Assembly (NCBI GenBank): GCA_036652795.1
Contig: JAVVVD010000001.1
Location: 230,156-294,155, forward strand
Reading direction: 5' to 3'
DNA length: 64,000 nt
Source of the DNA: Clostridia bacterium
GTDB taxonomy: Bacteria; Bacillota; Clostridia; Christensenellales; CAG-138
The translations under genes and the position numbers were made by a program. Shown in pieces: positions 50,645 to 60,385 of this stretch. Under the pieces are notes generated by a model. That model was not told the DNA's origin. It did no database searches and saw nothing but the letters and a program-made list of their open reading frames with translations. How positions within the stretch are numbered: position 1 is the stretch's first letter; each line of letters starts with the position of its first letter.

Positions 50645-50744
50645 GAGAGCCTCCAAATAAGCTTATATCATACAGTGTATTCCGTAACTTAACATAGGGT
50701 GAACAAGATAAAATTGATTTGCGTATATATGTGAGTGAGGGGGG

Positions 50745-50936
50745 ATGCATATGCAAACTCGTCCATCTACGGTATATATAAAGCGAAAATGCGTAAAAAG
50801 AAGAAGTCTACGCTCAACACTGGTGTTCATAGGAGTGCTGCTTTTACTGTTGTCAATTGAGGTGGATACATTATTGGCATTGATAATTGCAGGCGCTGTG
50901 ATGCTGTCGGCGCGGTACTGGCTAGCTAGAAACTAA
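50745..50936 (+). CDS. Small hypothetical membrane protein
   Basis: G-rich RBS; basic N-terminus followed by two short hydrophobic segments; ends at the terminator shared with rpmB. Confidence 0.5.
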   Translation: MHMQTRPSTVYIKRKCVKRRSLRSTLVFIGVLLLLLSIEVDTLLALIIAGAVMLSARYWLARN

Positions 50937-50940
50937 AAAA

Positions 50941-50963
50941 ACTACCCCCCATTAGGGGGTAGT
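50941..50963. terminator. Terminator hairpin downstream of rpmB
   Basis: ACTACCCCC...GGGGGTAGT with a T tract on the minus strand. Confidence 0.75.
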
Positions 50964-50985
50964 AAATGTGATGACGTGTCTATAC

Positions 50986-51174
50986 TCAGTTGCGCTCGAC
51001 CTTGCCGGAACGAAGGCAGCGAGTGCAAACGTCCATCTTACGCGGCGTACCGTTTACGACCACGTTGACGCGCTGGATGTTGGGAGCCCAAGCGCGCTTG
51101 GTCTTCCGGTTGGAGTGACTGACCAGATTCCCGCTCATGACACCCTTGTTGCATACTTCACAAAACTTACCCAT
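50986..51174 (-). CDS. rpmB: 50S ribosomal protein L28
   Basis: CEVC.KG..SGN.VSHS..KT.R.W.PN.Q...VCTRCLRS. Confidence 0.97.
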   Translation of the reverse strand: MGKFCEVCNKGVMSGNLVSHSNRKTKRAWAPNIQRVNVVVNGTPRKMDVCTRCLRSGKVERN

Positions 51175-51288
51175 GCTTTAACACCTCCTTACCGACTGTA
51201 AGCGTAGCTTAAAATCAAACATTGTTATTATAATACCTACGGCATGGTTTGGCAAGCATAATTATCTATTGAGCTGTTTATGTGCAGA

Positions 51289-51855
51289 CTATGCAGTTAA
51301 ATGCTCGATAAGTATCTTTAATCCTATGCCTATCAATATCACACCACCAATAAGTTCGGCATGCTTTTTAAACAGCTTGCCCATCTTTTTGCCAATATAC
51401 ACGCCCAGAGCTGAAAGGAAAAAAGTAACTACACCTATAAGAATACCGCAAAACCAGATATTGATGTCGGCAAATCCAAGACTTGCACCAACCGCAAGTG
51501 CATCAATGCTGGTTGCTATTGCCATAAGTAAGAGTGTTTTTGTTAAAAACGGATTTGCAGAAGCTTTTTCGATGTCATTTTTGCTATTTAATGCGCCGAT
51601 TATCATACGGATACCGATGAATGAGAGAAGGGCAAAAGCAATCCAATGATCCACAGATTCAACATAGCCACTTACAGTTTTTACAAGCATCCAGCCGATA
51701 ACAGGCATTATAAATTGAAATACACCAAAAAAAGCGGCAAGCTTTATCACATCGCGCTTACGTGGATTGTTAACGAGGATTCCGCTTGTTACGGCTACCG
51801 CCATGGCGTCCATGGATAAGGCGATGGCGATCAGCAGCAGCGAGATAATATCCAT
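51289..51855 (-). CDS. mntP: Manganese efflux pump MntP family
   Basis: ALSMDA.AV, FG.FQ..MP, DHWIAF.LL, ATSIDALAVG. Confidence 0.88.
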   Translation of the reverse strand: MDIISLLLIAIALSMDAMAVAVTSGILVNNPRKRDVIKLAAFFGVFQFIMPVIGWMLVKTVSGYVESVDHWIAFALLSFIGIRMIIGALNSKNDIEKASANPFLTKTLLLMAIATSIDALAVGASLGFADINIWFCGILIGVVTFFLSALGVYIGKKMGKLFKKHAELIGGVILIGIGLKILIEHLTA

Positions 51856-51905
51856 TATTGCCTCTTTTTTCTACATAATGGGGGAAAGGGGGAGCTTATT
51901 TAGTT

Positions 51906-51935
51906 AAAAAAGAGACCCCCTGAAAGAAGCCTCTT
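51906..51935 (-). terminator. Terminator of the tRNA operon
   Basis: Minus strand AGAGGCTTCT...GGGGGTCTCT followed by a T tract, directly after tRNA-Leu. Confidence 0.65.
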
Positions 51936-52022
51936 TGGTGCGGGAAACAGGACTTGAACCTGCATGCTGTTACCAGCACACGGACCTGAACCGTGCGCGT
52001 CTGCCAATTCCGCCATTCCCGC
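51936..52022 (-). tRNA. tRNA-Leu(CAG)
   Basis: Anticodon arm CACGG-TT CAG GT-CCGTG, long variable arm, CCA. Confidence 0.95.
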
Positions 52023-52032
52023 AGAAAAAAAT

Positions 52033-52117
<85 letters not shown>

Positions 52118-52137
52118 ACGGCAAAATTTTGTATCAA

Positions 52138-52213
52138 TGGAGCTGGTGATGGGACTCGAACCCGCAACCTGCTGATTACAAATCAGCTGCTCTGCCAATT
52201 GAGCTACACCAGC
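52138..52213 (-). tRNA. tRNA-Thr(TGT)
   Basis: GCTGA-TT TGT AA-TCAGC, CCA. Confidence 0.95.
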
Positions 52214-52227
52214 ACACACTGTCAGGT

Positions 52228-52303
52228 TGGTGCCTCAGAGTGGGCTTGAACCACCGACACAGGGATTTTCAGTCCCTTGCTCTACCAACTGAGCTACCGA
52301 GGC
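52228..52303 (-). tRNA. tRNA-Phe(GAA)
   Basis: AGGGA-CT GAA AA-TCCCT, CCA. Confidence 0.95.
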
Positions 52304-52307
52304 TAAT

Positions 52308-52384
52308 TGGCGATCCGGAGGGGGCTCGAACCCCTGACCTCCAGCGTGACAGGCTGGCATTCTAACCAACTGAACTACCGGACC
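52308..52384 (-). tRNA. tRNA-Asp(GTC)
   Basis: CCAGC-CT GTC AC-GCTGG, CCA. Confidence 0.95.
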
Positions 52385-52407
52385 GCGTTGACGCGCTAAA
52401 TTTAAAA

Positions 52408-52484
52408 TGGTGGGCCTTCAGGGACTCGAACCCCGGACCAATCGGTTATGAGCCGACCGCTCTGACCAACTGAGCTAAAGGCCC
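52408..52484 (-). tRNA. tRNA with CAT anticodon, most likely tRNA-Ile2 (lysidine)
   Basis: GTCGG-CT CAT AA-CCGAT; GGGCCTTTAGCTCAG body resembles Firmicute Ile2; lacks initiator features (no C1 mismatch, no three G-C anticodon-stem pairs). Confidence 0.85.
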
Positions 52485-52506
52485 ATTTTAAACTTAAACA
52501 AAAACT

Positions 52507-52581
52507 TGGTGACCCCTAGGAGACTTGAACTCCTGTTACCGCCGTGAAAGGGCGGTGTCTTAACCACTTGACCAAGGGGCC
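52507..52581 (-). tRNA. tRNA-Glu(TTC)
   Basis: CCGCC-CT TTC AC-GGCGG, CCA. Confidence 0.95.
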
Positions 52582-52587
52582 AAATTT

Positions 52588-52664
52588 TGGTCGGGGTGAA
52601 GGGATTTGAACCCCCGGCCCCATGCTCCCAAAGCACGTGCGCTACCGAACTGCGCTACACCCCG
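52588..52664 (-). tRNA. tRNA-Pro(TGG)
   Basis: CGTGC-TT TGG GA-GCATG, CCA. Confidence 0.95.
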
Positions 52665-52681
52665 CTTACGCGACGCTAATA

Positions 52682-52710
52682 AATATAACGTATTTTGTAA
52701 TGATTGTCAA
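52682..52710 (-). promoter_or_regulatory. sigma-A promoter of the 8-tRNA operon
   Basis: Minus strand TTGACA-17 bp-TATATT. Confidence 0.75.
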
Positions 52711-52833
52711 CTGATTTTATTAATTAGTGTATATTCGGTTATATTGACGTTTATCTTGGCGTTCAACTTGCACTCAATACCTATAGAAGATATAATAAAC
52801 TAATTATGATTTTATTTGCGGTAGAGGTATAAA

Positions 52834-54231
52834 ATGACTGTTGCTAAATACGTGCCTGAGGCTGAGATTATACAAAACGATAAGATATATTCACGCTTAT
52901 ATGATGAAATAAATGAGCTGGCGCTAAAGTATCATATTGAATCCTATGGCTGTCAGATGAACGATCATGATTCTGAAAAGTTAGCTGGCATGCTTGAAAA
53001 GCTTGGTTATACGAAGGCGCCATCAAAAAACGATGCAGATATAATAATATTTAATACATGCTGTGTTCGTGAACATGCTGAATTGCGTGTTTTTGGGAAT
53101 ATCGGGGCGCTAAAGCAACAAAAAGATGAAAAACCAGGCTTGATGATAGGCGTTTGCGGATGCATGATGCAGCAAAAGGATGTTGCTCAAAAGCTATATA
53201 AACGGTTTCCATTTGTTGACTTCGTATTTGGTACACATGAACTTCATAGATTTCCAGCGTTGTTTGAGACAGCATATTCTGGTGAACGTGTGTTTGCCGT
53301 GCGCGATATAGAGGGGGAAATAGCGGAGGGATTGCCAATAATAAGGGCAGGTACATTTTCAACAAGTATAACTATAATGTACGGCTGTGATAATTTCTGT
53401 ACCTATTGTGTGGTTCCGTATGTACGCGGGCGTGAGCGTTCACGCAGACCGTTGGATGTGCTGAATGAGGCACAGGGGCTCGCTATGGCAGGCTATAAAG
53501 AAATAACGCTTCTTGGGCAAAATGTTAACTCATTTAAGGGTGATGGATTGGCAAGGGACTTTCCTGCTCTGCTAAAGCTGCTTAATGATGAATCCGGTAT
53601 AAAACGTATACGCTTTATGACTTCGCATCCCAAGGACCTATCGCAAAGCCTTGTAGAGGCGCTTGGTACTCTGGAGAGGGTATGTAACCATATCCATCTG
53701 CCTGTGCAATCAGGAAGCAGTAGAGTGCTTGCCGCGATGAACCGTAAATACGATAGAGAGCAATACCTGTCGTTGGTTGAATCCCTGCGCCAGGGTGTGC
53801 CTGGAATAGAAATAACTACTGATGTAATAGTGGGCTTTCCAGGTGAGACGGATGCAGATTATGATGATACGTTATCGTTAATGTGCGAAGCGGGATTTTC
53901 GGCCGCATATACCTTCATGTATTCAAAGCGAGAAGGCACAAAGGCATCTCTCATGCCGCAGCAGGTACCGCAGGACGTGAAAAAGCAGCGCCTTGCAGGA
54001 CTAAACAGTCTTCAAGCAAAGTTGTTGCACGAGGGAAACCATAAATATATGGGAACAACAGGCGAAGTTCTTATTGAGGGATGTGATCAGCGGAATGTGC
54101 CAATGGCATTCGGCAAGCTTCCGAACTTTAAAATGGTGTATTTCCCTGGCGAAGATGCTATGATTGGCAGCATTAAGGCCGTTAAAATAACTGATGTGCA
54201 GCATAATTCGCTTATAGGCGAATTGATATAA
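52834..54231 (+). CDS. miaB: tRNA i6A37 methylthiotransferase MiaB
   Basis: GCQMN.HDSE, NTC.VRE.AE, GCDNFCTYCVVPY.RGRE.SR, HLPVQSGS, TRAM domain. Confidence 0.95.
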   Translation: MTVAKYVPEAEIIQNDKIYSRLYDEINELALKYHIESYGCQMNDHDSEKLAGMLEKLGYTKAPSKNDADIIIFNTCCVREHAELRVFGNIGALKQQKDEKPGLMIGVCGCMMQQKDVAQKLYKRFPFVDFVFGTHELHRFPALFETAYSGERVFAVRDIEGEIAEGLPIIRAGTFSTSITIMYGCDNFCTYCVVPYVRGRERSRRPLDVLNEAQGLAMAGYKEITLLGQNVNSFKGDGLARDFPALLKLLNDESGIKRIRFMTSHPKDLSQSLVEALGTLERVCNHIHLPVQSGSSRVLAAMNRKYDREQYLSLVESLRQGVPGIEITTDVIVGFPGETDADYDDTLSLMCEAGFSAAYTFMYSKREGTKASLMPQQVPQDVKKQRLAGLNSLQAKLLHEGNHKYMGTTGEVLIEGCDQRNVPMAFGKLPNFKMVYFPGEDAMIGSIKAVKITDVQHNSLIGELI

Positions 54232-54264
54232 TATGTGAGTACTAGCATGAAAGAGGTATATGGT

Positions 54265-54654
54265 ATGGTAATTCAAAAAGCACGTGAGTTGGGATTGGAA
54301 CTGAGCGAATCTGCCGAGTTTCAGGATATGCTGCGCGCAAGGACTGCTATGGAATCAGATGCTGCATTGATGGCAATGGTAAATGAGTTCAGTTCTATTC
54401 AGCATTCGATAATGGATATGATGAGCGATGAAAATGCAAACGCAGAGGCTATACGTGCACGCTCAGACGATCTGGAACGGATGCAGGATGAACTTGTGTC
54501 GCATCCACTGTTTGCATCAATGCTGAGTACGCAGAACGTTTTCCAACAGCTTATGGGAGAGGTTAACAGTACAATAGGTGCATGTATAGGTATGGAGCCT
54601 CAGGAGCACTCCTGCGGACATGAGTGTGGCTCATGTGATAGCTGTAAGCACTAA
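54265..54654 (+). CDS. YlbF/YmcA (Com_YlbF) family protein with Cys-rich tail
   Basis: KARELG..L.ES.EF helical pattern; between miaB and mutS like ymcA; C-terminus HSCGHECGSCDSCKH. Confidence 0.75.
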   Translation: MVIQKARELGLELSESAEFQDMLRARTAMESDAALMAMVNEFSSIQHSIMDMMSDENANAEAIRARSDDLERMQDELVSHPLFASMLSTQNVFQQLMGEVNSTIGACIGMEPQEHSCGHECGSCDSCKH

Positions 54655-54684
54655 TGCACGCGATAACTTGAGGAAGGACATCCA

Positions 54685-57294
54685 ATGACCGCAAATCTGA
54701 CGCCGATGATGCAGCAATATATCACTTTAAAAGAAAAATACAGCGACTGCTTGTTATTTTTCCGCCTGGGTGATTTTTATGAAATGTTCTTTGATGACGC
54801 AATAACAGCATCAAAAGAGCTTGAAATAGTGCTCACAGGGCGTGATTGTGGGCTTAGTGATCGTGCGCCAATGTGCGGGGTGCCGCATCACTCGGTAAAT
54901 TCATACATAAATAAGCTTATCAGCAAAGGTTATAAGGTTGCAATATGTGAGCAGCTTACCGATCCAAAGGAGTCTAACGGCCTTGTAGAACGGGATGTTA
55001 TACGCGTTATAACGCCAGGAACAGTAATAGAAGAATCAATGCTGGATGAACGAAGCAATAACTATATTGCTTCTGTATTCCTGTATGAATCAGGTATTGG
55101 CATTGCATATTGCGATGTGTCTACAGGGAGCTTCAGAATAAGTGAATTCAGCGGCGGAGAGTGGGAAAATCACCTGTTCGATGAACTTGCTCGCATACAG
55201 CCCACAGAGATAATACTCAATGACGCCATGTTCCTTCAAGAACATACAATAAGAAGACTGCAATCAATGTATTATATTCAGTGTCTTGGCGGATGGATGT
55301 ATGATTATGCAGGAGCATTGGAACGGCTGCTATCACAATTTAAGGTTGCATCGCTTTCAGGCTTTGGCTGCGATAATTGTAAAGATGCCATATGCGCCGC
55401 GGGCGCGCTGCTTGCATATCTTTCTGATACGCAGAAAAATACACTGACCCATATAAATAAGTTAGTAAAGGAAAACGGAAGCTGCTTTATGCAATTGGAT
55501 GCAGCCACACGTAGAAATCTTGAACTGACAAAACCGATACATTTTGAAGGTAGCAAAAAAAACACGTTGCTGTATGTAATCGATAAAACCAATACCGCAA
55601 TGGGCGGACGGCTGTTGCGCAGTTGGGTAGAACAGCCACTTCAAAGTATTAATGATATAAATAGCAGGCTGGACGCTGTAGAGGAACTTGCTAAAAAGCA
55701 TCCACAGCGCGAAGAACTTTGCACAGCGCTTTCCTCAATGTACGATATAGAGCGTTTATGCAGCCGTATAGCATACGGTACGGCAAGTGCCAGGGATTGT
55801 GAGTCGCTGCGTGTATCCTTAGGACGCCTGCCGGATATAATTTTTGCGATAAGTGCTCTGGAAGCGGAGGAGTTTAAGCGTATACGGCTAAGCCTTGAGC
55901 CAATGGACGATATATATGGCTTGCTTTGTGCCGCAATAGTTGACGAACCGCCGCTTAGTGTAAAGGATGGCGGCATAATCAAAACCGGGTATAATGCCGA
56001 TGTGGATGCGTACCGCTTGGCATCTGCAAACGGCAAGGATTGGATAGCAAAGCTTGAGAGCGACACGCGGGAAAGTACAGGCATAAAAAATCTTAAAATA
56101 GGCTATAACAGAGTGTTTGGTTATTATATAGAGGTGACAAAGGCATATCAGCATTTGGTTCCATATACGTTTGAGCGCAAACAAACATTGGCCAATTGTG
56201 AACGCTATATAACACCGGAGCTTAAAGAGCTTGAAGAAAGCATACTTGGTGCTGAAGAAAAGTGTGTTGATCTAGAATATAAGTTATTTATTCAGATACG
56301 TGGCATGTTGTTAAGCTGTATAAATAGATTGCAACTTAATGCGCAGCTAATAGCGCAGCTTGACGTATATCGCGCACTTGCCGATGTGGCATTTACATTT
56401 GACTATTGCCGACCTACTATGCGTGATGACGGCGTGCTATCCATATGCGATGGACGCCATCCAGTGGTAGAACGGGCGATGAAGGACAGCTTCGTACCGA
56501 ACAATACGCAGCTTGATAAAGATGAAAATCGACTGTTAATACTTACAGGCCCAAACATGGCGGGTAAGAGCACATATATGCGGCAGGTAGCCTTGATAAC
56601 GCTTATGGCGCACATAGGCAGCTTTGTGCCGGCATCATCGGCGGAAATATCAATTACGGATAGGATATTTACACGCGTGGGCGCGGCAGATAACCTTGCA
56701 TCCGGTCAAAGCACATTTATGGTTGAGATGACTGAGATGGCCGGGATACTCAACAATGCTACAGCAGATAGTTTGTTGATAGTTGATGAGATAGGTCGCG
56801 GAACAAGTACATTTGATGGGCTTAGTATAGCATGGGCAGTGCTTGAGTATATACACGATAAGGGGAAGTGTGGCGCAAAAACGCTGTTTGCTACACACTA
56901 TCATGAACTAACAGAGCTTGAGGGCAGGCTAGATGGCGTGAAGAACTACCGCATATCCGTTAAGGAGATAGGCGAAGATATTATATTTTTGAGGAAGATA
57001 ATGCGAGGTGGAGCGGATAAGAGCTTCGGCATACAGGTGTCAAGGCTTGCGGGACTGCCTGAAAATGTAATAAAACGCGCGAAGGAGATATTGAAGCAGC
57101 TTGAAACGGCAGATATAAACCACAGTCTAATGCGCGGCTTCAATGCGCCAGATACAGTTCCAACGCAGTTGTCGTTGTTCGCAAGCGGACCGGATGATAT
57201 AATAAAGGATCTTCGTGAGATGGATATAAATGAGTTGTCGCCGATGGAGGCGCTCTCAAAATTGTATGACCTGCATATGCGGGCAAAATCGTGA
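54685..57294 (+). CDS. mutS: DNA mismatch repair protein MutS
   Basis: TPMMQQY, GDFYEMF, TGPNMAGKST, STFMVEM, DEIGRGTST. Confidence 0.98.
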   Translation: MTANLTPMMQQYITLKEKYSDCLLFFRLGDFYEMFFDDAITASKELEIVLTGRDCGLSDRAPMCGVPHHSVNSYINKLISKGYKVAICEQLTDPKESNGLVERDVIRVITPGTVIEESMLDERSNNYIASVFLYESGIGIAYCDVSTGSFRISEFSGGEWENHLFDELARIQPTEIILNDAMFLQEHTIRRLQSMYYIQCLGGWMYDYAGALERLLSQFKVASLSGFGCDNCKDAICAAGALLAYLSDTQKNTLTHINKLVKENGSCFMQLDAATRRNLELTKPIHFEGSKKNTLLYVIDKTNTAMGGRLLRSWVEQPLQSINDINSRLDAVEELAKKHPQREELCTALSSMYDIERLCSRIAYGTASARDCESLRVSLGRLPDIIFAISALEAEEFKRIRLSLEPMDDIYGLLCAAIVDEPPLSVKDGGIIKTGYNADVDAYRLASANGKDWIAKLESDTRESTGIKNLKIGYNRVFGYYIEVTKAYQHLVPYTFERKQTLANCERYITPELKELEESILGAEEKCVDLEYKLFIQIRGMLLSCINRLQLNAQLIAQLDVYRALADVAFTFDYCRPTMRDDGVLSICDGRHPVVERAMKDSFVPNNTQLDKDENRLLILTGPNMAGKSTYMRQVALITLMAHIGSFVPASSAEISITDRIFTRVGAADNLASGQSTFMVEMTEMAGILNNATADSLLIVDEIGRGTSTFDGLSIAWAVLEYIHDKGKCGAKTLFATHYHELTELEGRLDGVKNYRISVKEIGEDIIFLRKIMRGGADKSFGIQVSRLAGLPENVIKRAKEILKQLETADINHSLMRGFNAPDTVPTQLSLFASGPDDIIKDLREMDINELSPMEALSKLYDLHMRAKS

Positions 57295-57299
57295 GGAAT

Positions 57300-59192
57300 A
57301 TGAGTAGAATTAATCTTTTAAGCCAGCATACTAGCAATCAGATAGCCGCAGGAGAAGTCGTTGAACGCCCAATGTCTGTGGTAAAGGAGTTACTTGAAAA
57401 TGCTATTGATGCAGGCAGCACTGCAATCACAATTGAAACACGCGGTGGAGGGTGCGATTATATCAGAGTTAGCGATAACGGCTCTGGTATACATGCTGAT
57501 GATGTAAAATGCGCGTTTTTACGCCATGCTACGAGCAAGATGGCCGTTGCTGAGGATCTTGAACATATATGTACTCTTGGCTTTCGTGGTGAGGCACTGG
57601 CATCCATTGCTGCAGTTGCAAGGGTAAGGCTTAAGAGCAAAACTCCAGATTCGGATTTCGGGAAAACAATTGTATACGAGGGCGGCGAGCTTAGAGAAGA
57701 ACGTGAAACTGGATGTCCTGACGGCACAAGCATTGAGGTATCCAATCTGTTTTTCAATATACCAGCACGATTGAAATTCCTTAAGAGCCCTCAAGCAGAA
57801 TCTGCCCTTACAAGCGACTATGTTTCAAGGATGATACTTGCAGAGCCGGGAATTGCGATAAAACTTATACAAAATGATAAGCAAATCTATAAGAGCGCCG
57901 GTGATGGAAGCAGATACAACGCGCTATACTGTGTATATGGTAGCGACATACTTGATTATCTATACGAATTAAGCTATGACGATGGCTATGTTAAACTTAC
58001 AGGCTACGTTGGAAGTGAACAGCTTGCACGCGTAAATCGGAATCAGCAATCGTTTTTTGTTAATTCGCGCTATATTAAATCGCAAAAACTCTCATTTGCG
58101 CTTCAACGCGCATTTGGTACTCGACTTATGAATGGCAGATTTCCATTTGTAGTTATGGATATCACAATAGCGAGCGAAGATATAGACGTAAATGTACACC
58201 CTAACAAGCTGGATATCCGCTTTAAGGATGAAAACAGGGTAATGCATGCGGTGGTAAGCACAATTAAGACTGCGCTTGGCGATTATGCGCCGCGCCATAT
58301 AGAACATATAGAATTAAACCATATCGGTACTGTGACCGATGGCATTGATAGCGATGTGCTCAAAGATGAAAGCACTGTCAGCCATTCGGCTGAATACATA
58401 CCGGATGAGCAAAAACAATTAATTGATCAAAGTATGTTCTATCCGAAGGATCATAAAGAAGTAATTAAACTTGGCGAATCGGCGCACGCATTTGACATAG
58501 GCGGCTTGCTTGATGCAAGGCAGAAAGATGTCGTTATGCCCACAACATATGTTCAGGCAAGACAGCAACAGATAATGAATAATATAGCATATGCCAAACC
58601 TGAGCAGATCGGTTTTGAGGCTTTACCATATATGTTGGTTGGCCAACTTTTTGACTGTTATTGGATAGTGCAACAGGGTGAAAATGTATTTTTTATTGAT
58701 CAACATGCAGCCCATGAGCGAAAACTATACGATAATATTATGGAAAAAGGACTTAATGCAGATTCACAGCAGCTGTTAACGCCATTGATAGTTAAGCTTA
58801 CTCCGATAGAATTTGATACGCTTATGAGCAACATAAAGGTTTTCAATGAGCTTGGTTTTGATATAGACGAATTTGGAAGCCTCACCATAAGCATAAGGGC
58901 AATACCGCATGTACTTGGACAGCCTCAAACAGTTCAATTTTTGCATGATGCAATAGATACTTTGCTTCACAATGGAAAAGTGTCAGCGGCAGATGTGAAG
59001 CGCAGGACGATAATACAAACGGCATGTAAGCATGCCGTTAAAGCCGGAGCAATGTTGTCAAATGATGAAATAGCCGAGTTGCTAGATATGTATGCTAAGA
59101 GCGGTATCCCTATGACATGTCCACATGGCCGCCCCGTTATGATATGTATGAACAAATCGGAGCTTGAAAAGCTGTTTAAGAGGATAGTATGA
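57300..59192 (+). CDS. mutL: DNA mismatch repair endonuclease MutL
   Basis: IAAGEVVERP, GFRGEAL, DQHAAHER, ACK, CPHGRP. Confidence 0.98.
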   Translation: MSRINLLSQHTSNQIAAGEVVERPMSVVKELLENAIDAGSTAITIETRGGGCDYIRVSDNGSGIHADDVKCAFLRHATSKMAVAEDLEHICTLGFRGEALASIAAVARVRLKSKTPDSDFGKTIVYEGGELREERETGCPDGTSIEVSNLFFNIPARLKFLKSPQAESALTSDYVSRMILAEPGIAIKLIQNDKQIYKSAGDGSRYNALYCVYGSDILDYLYELSYDDGYVKLTGYVGSEQLARVNRNQQSFFVNSRYIKSQKLSFALQRAFGTRLMNGRFPFVVMDITIASEDIDVNVHPNKLDIRFKDENRVMHAVVSTIKTALGDYAPRHIEHIELNHIGTVTDGIDSDVLKDESTVSHSAEYIPDEQKQLIDQSMFYPKDHKEVIKLGESAHAFDIGGLLDARQKDVVMPTTYVQARQQQIMNNIAYAKPEQIGFEALPYMLVGQLFDCYWIVQQGENVFFIDQHAAHERKLYDNIMEKGLNADSQQLLTPLIVKLTPIEFDTLMSNIKVFNELGFDIDEFGSLTISIRAIPHVLGQPQTVQFLHDAIDTLLHNGKVSAADVKRRTIIQTACKHAVKAGAMLSNDEIAELLDMYAKSGIPMTCPHGRPVMICMNKSELEKLFKRIV

Positions 59193-60133
59193 ATAAACCT
59201 GTGTTAGGTGTTATAATTGGACCTACGGCGGTAGGAAAAACAACAATTTCAATCGAAGTTGCGAAACGCATGGATGCGGAAATAATCTCTGCGGATTCAA
59301 TACAGATCTATCGCGGGATGGATATTGGCTCAGCTAAGCCAACTATTTACGAACGAAAGGATATTCCGCATCATCTTATAGATATAGTGGATATTGACGC
59401 CAGCTTTAGTGTGGCGGAATATCAAGGACTTGCTCAGGCCTGCATAGCTGACACATATTCCCGCGGAATTTTCCCTATTGTTTCAGGTGGCACAGGACTG
59501 TATGTTAATTCATTAATATTCCCGCTTGACTTTGCCACAATACCCGCCGATGAAGCACTAAGATCAAGCCTAAACGAACTTGAGAATACAACTCCTGGTG
59601 CGCTACATGATATGCTAAGAATGTTGGATGAAAAAGCGGCGGTACGATTACATAGAAATGACCGTAAACGTTTGGTAAGGGCAATAGAGATATGTAAGCT
59701 TACGGGCAGTACTATGGATTCAATCGGCGGTGATTTTGCAAATAAAGCAAAAAAGGAAATACCTTACGAACCTGTGATATTTGGGCTAACGATGCAACGC
59801 GAGGCACTATATGAGCGCATAAATACGCGCGTAGATGTAATGATGAGCGCCGGACTACTTTGCGAGGTACGCCGTATCTTAGAAAACGGATACGACCCGC
59901 AGCTCACTGCATTGCAGGGGCTTGGATACAAGCAGCTTATACTATATCTGCATGGCAAATATACAATTGAAGAAGCGGTAAATGCAATTAAAATGGAAAC
60001 ACGCCGTTTTGCAAAAAGACAGCTAACATGGTTTAAGCGTGATCAGCGGATACAATGGATAGATATGGGACTTATATCGCAGCGAGAAGCGGTGGATATC
60101 ATAACGGATGCATTTACAATAGCAGGGAGGTAG
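59189..60133 (+). CDS. miaA: tRNA dimethylallyltransferase
   Basis: GPTAVGKT, DS.QIY.GMDIGSAKP, GGTGLY, AKRQLTWF. Confidence 0.97.
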   Translation: MNKPVLGVIIGPTAVGKTTISIEVAKRMDAEIISADSIQIYRGMDIGSAKPTIYERKDIPHHLIDIVDIDASFSVAEYQGLAQACIADTYSRGIFPIVSGGTGLYVNSLIFPLDFATIPADEALRSSLNELENTTPGALHDMLRMLDEKAAVRLHRNDRKRLVRAIEICKLTGSTMDSIGGDFANKAKKEIPYEPVIFGLTMQREALYERINTRVDVMMSAGLLCEVRRILENGYDPQLTALQGLGYKQLILYLHGKYTIEEAVNAIKMETRRFAKRQLTWFKRDQRIQWIDMGLISQREAVDIITDAFTIAGR

Positions 60134-60138
60134 TCGTT

Positions 60139-60384
60139 TTGGTTGCGCAGAATATTCAGGATGTATTCCTTAATAAGGCACGTAAAGGAAAGATACCTGT
60201 GACGATACATATAGTAAACGGTTTCCAGATAAATGATGCAACAGTAATAAGCTACGACAGTTTTGTATTGCTTGTAGAAAAGGACGCAAAACAGATGCTG
60301 CTGTATAAACATGCAATATCATCGATAACACCGTCAAAAAATATAGATTTAGTTGCCGACATAAACAGACAGGGAGACAGTTAA
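60139..60384 (+). CDS. hfq: RNA chaperone Hfq
   Basis: NIQDVFLN..RK..IPVTI...NGFQ, YKHAISSI; TTG start after GGGAGG. Confidence 0.93.
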   Translation: MVAQNIQDVFLNKARKGKIPVTIHIVNGFQINDATVISYDSFVLLVEKDAKQMLLYKHAISSITPSKNIDLVADINRQGDS

Positions 60385-60385
60385 C

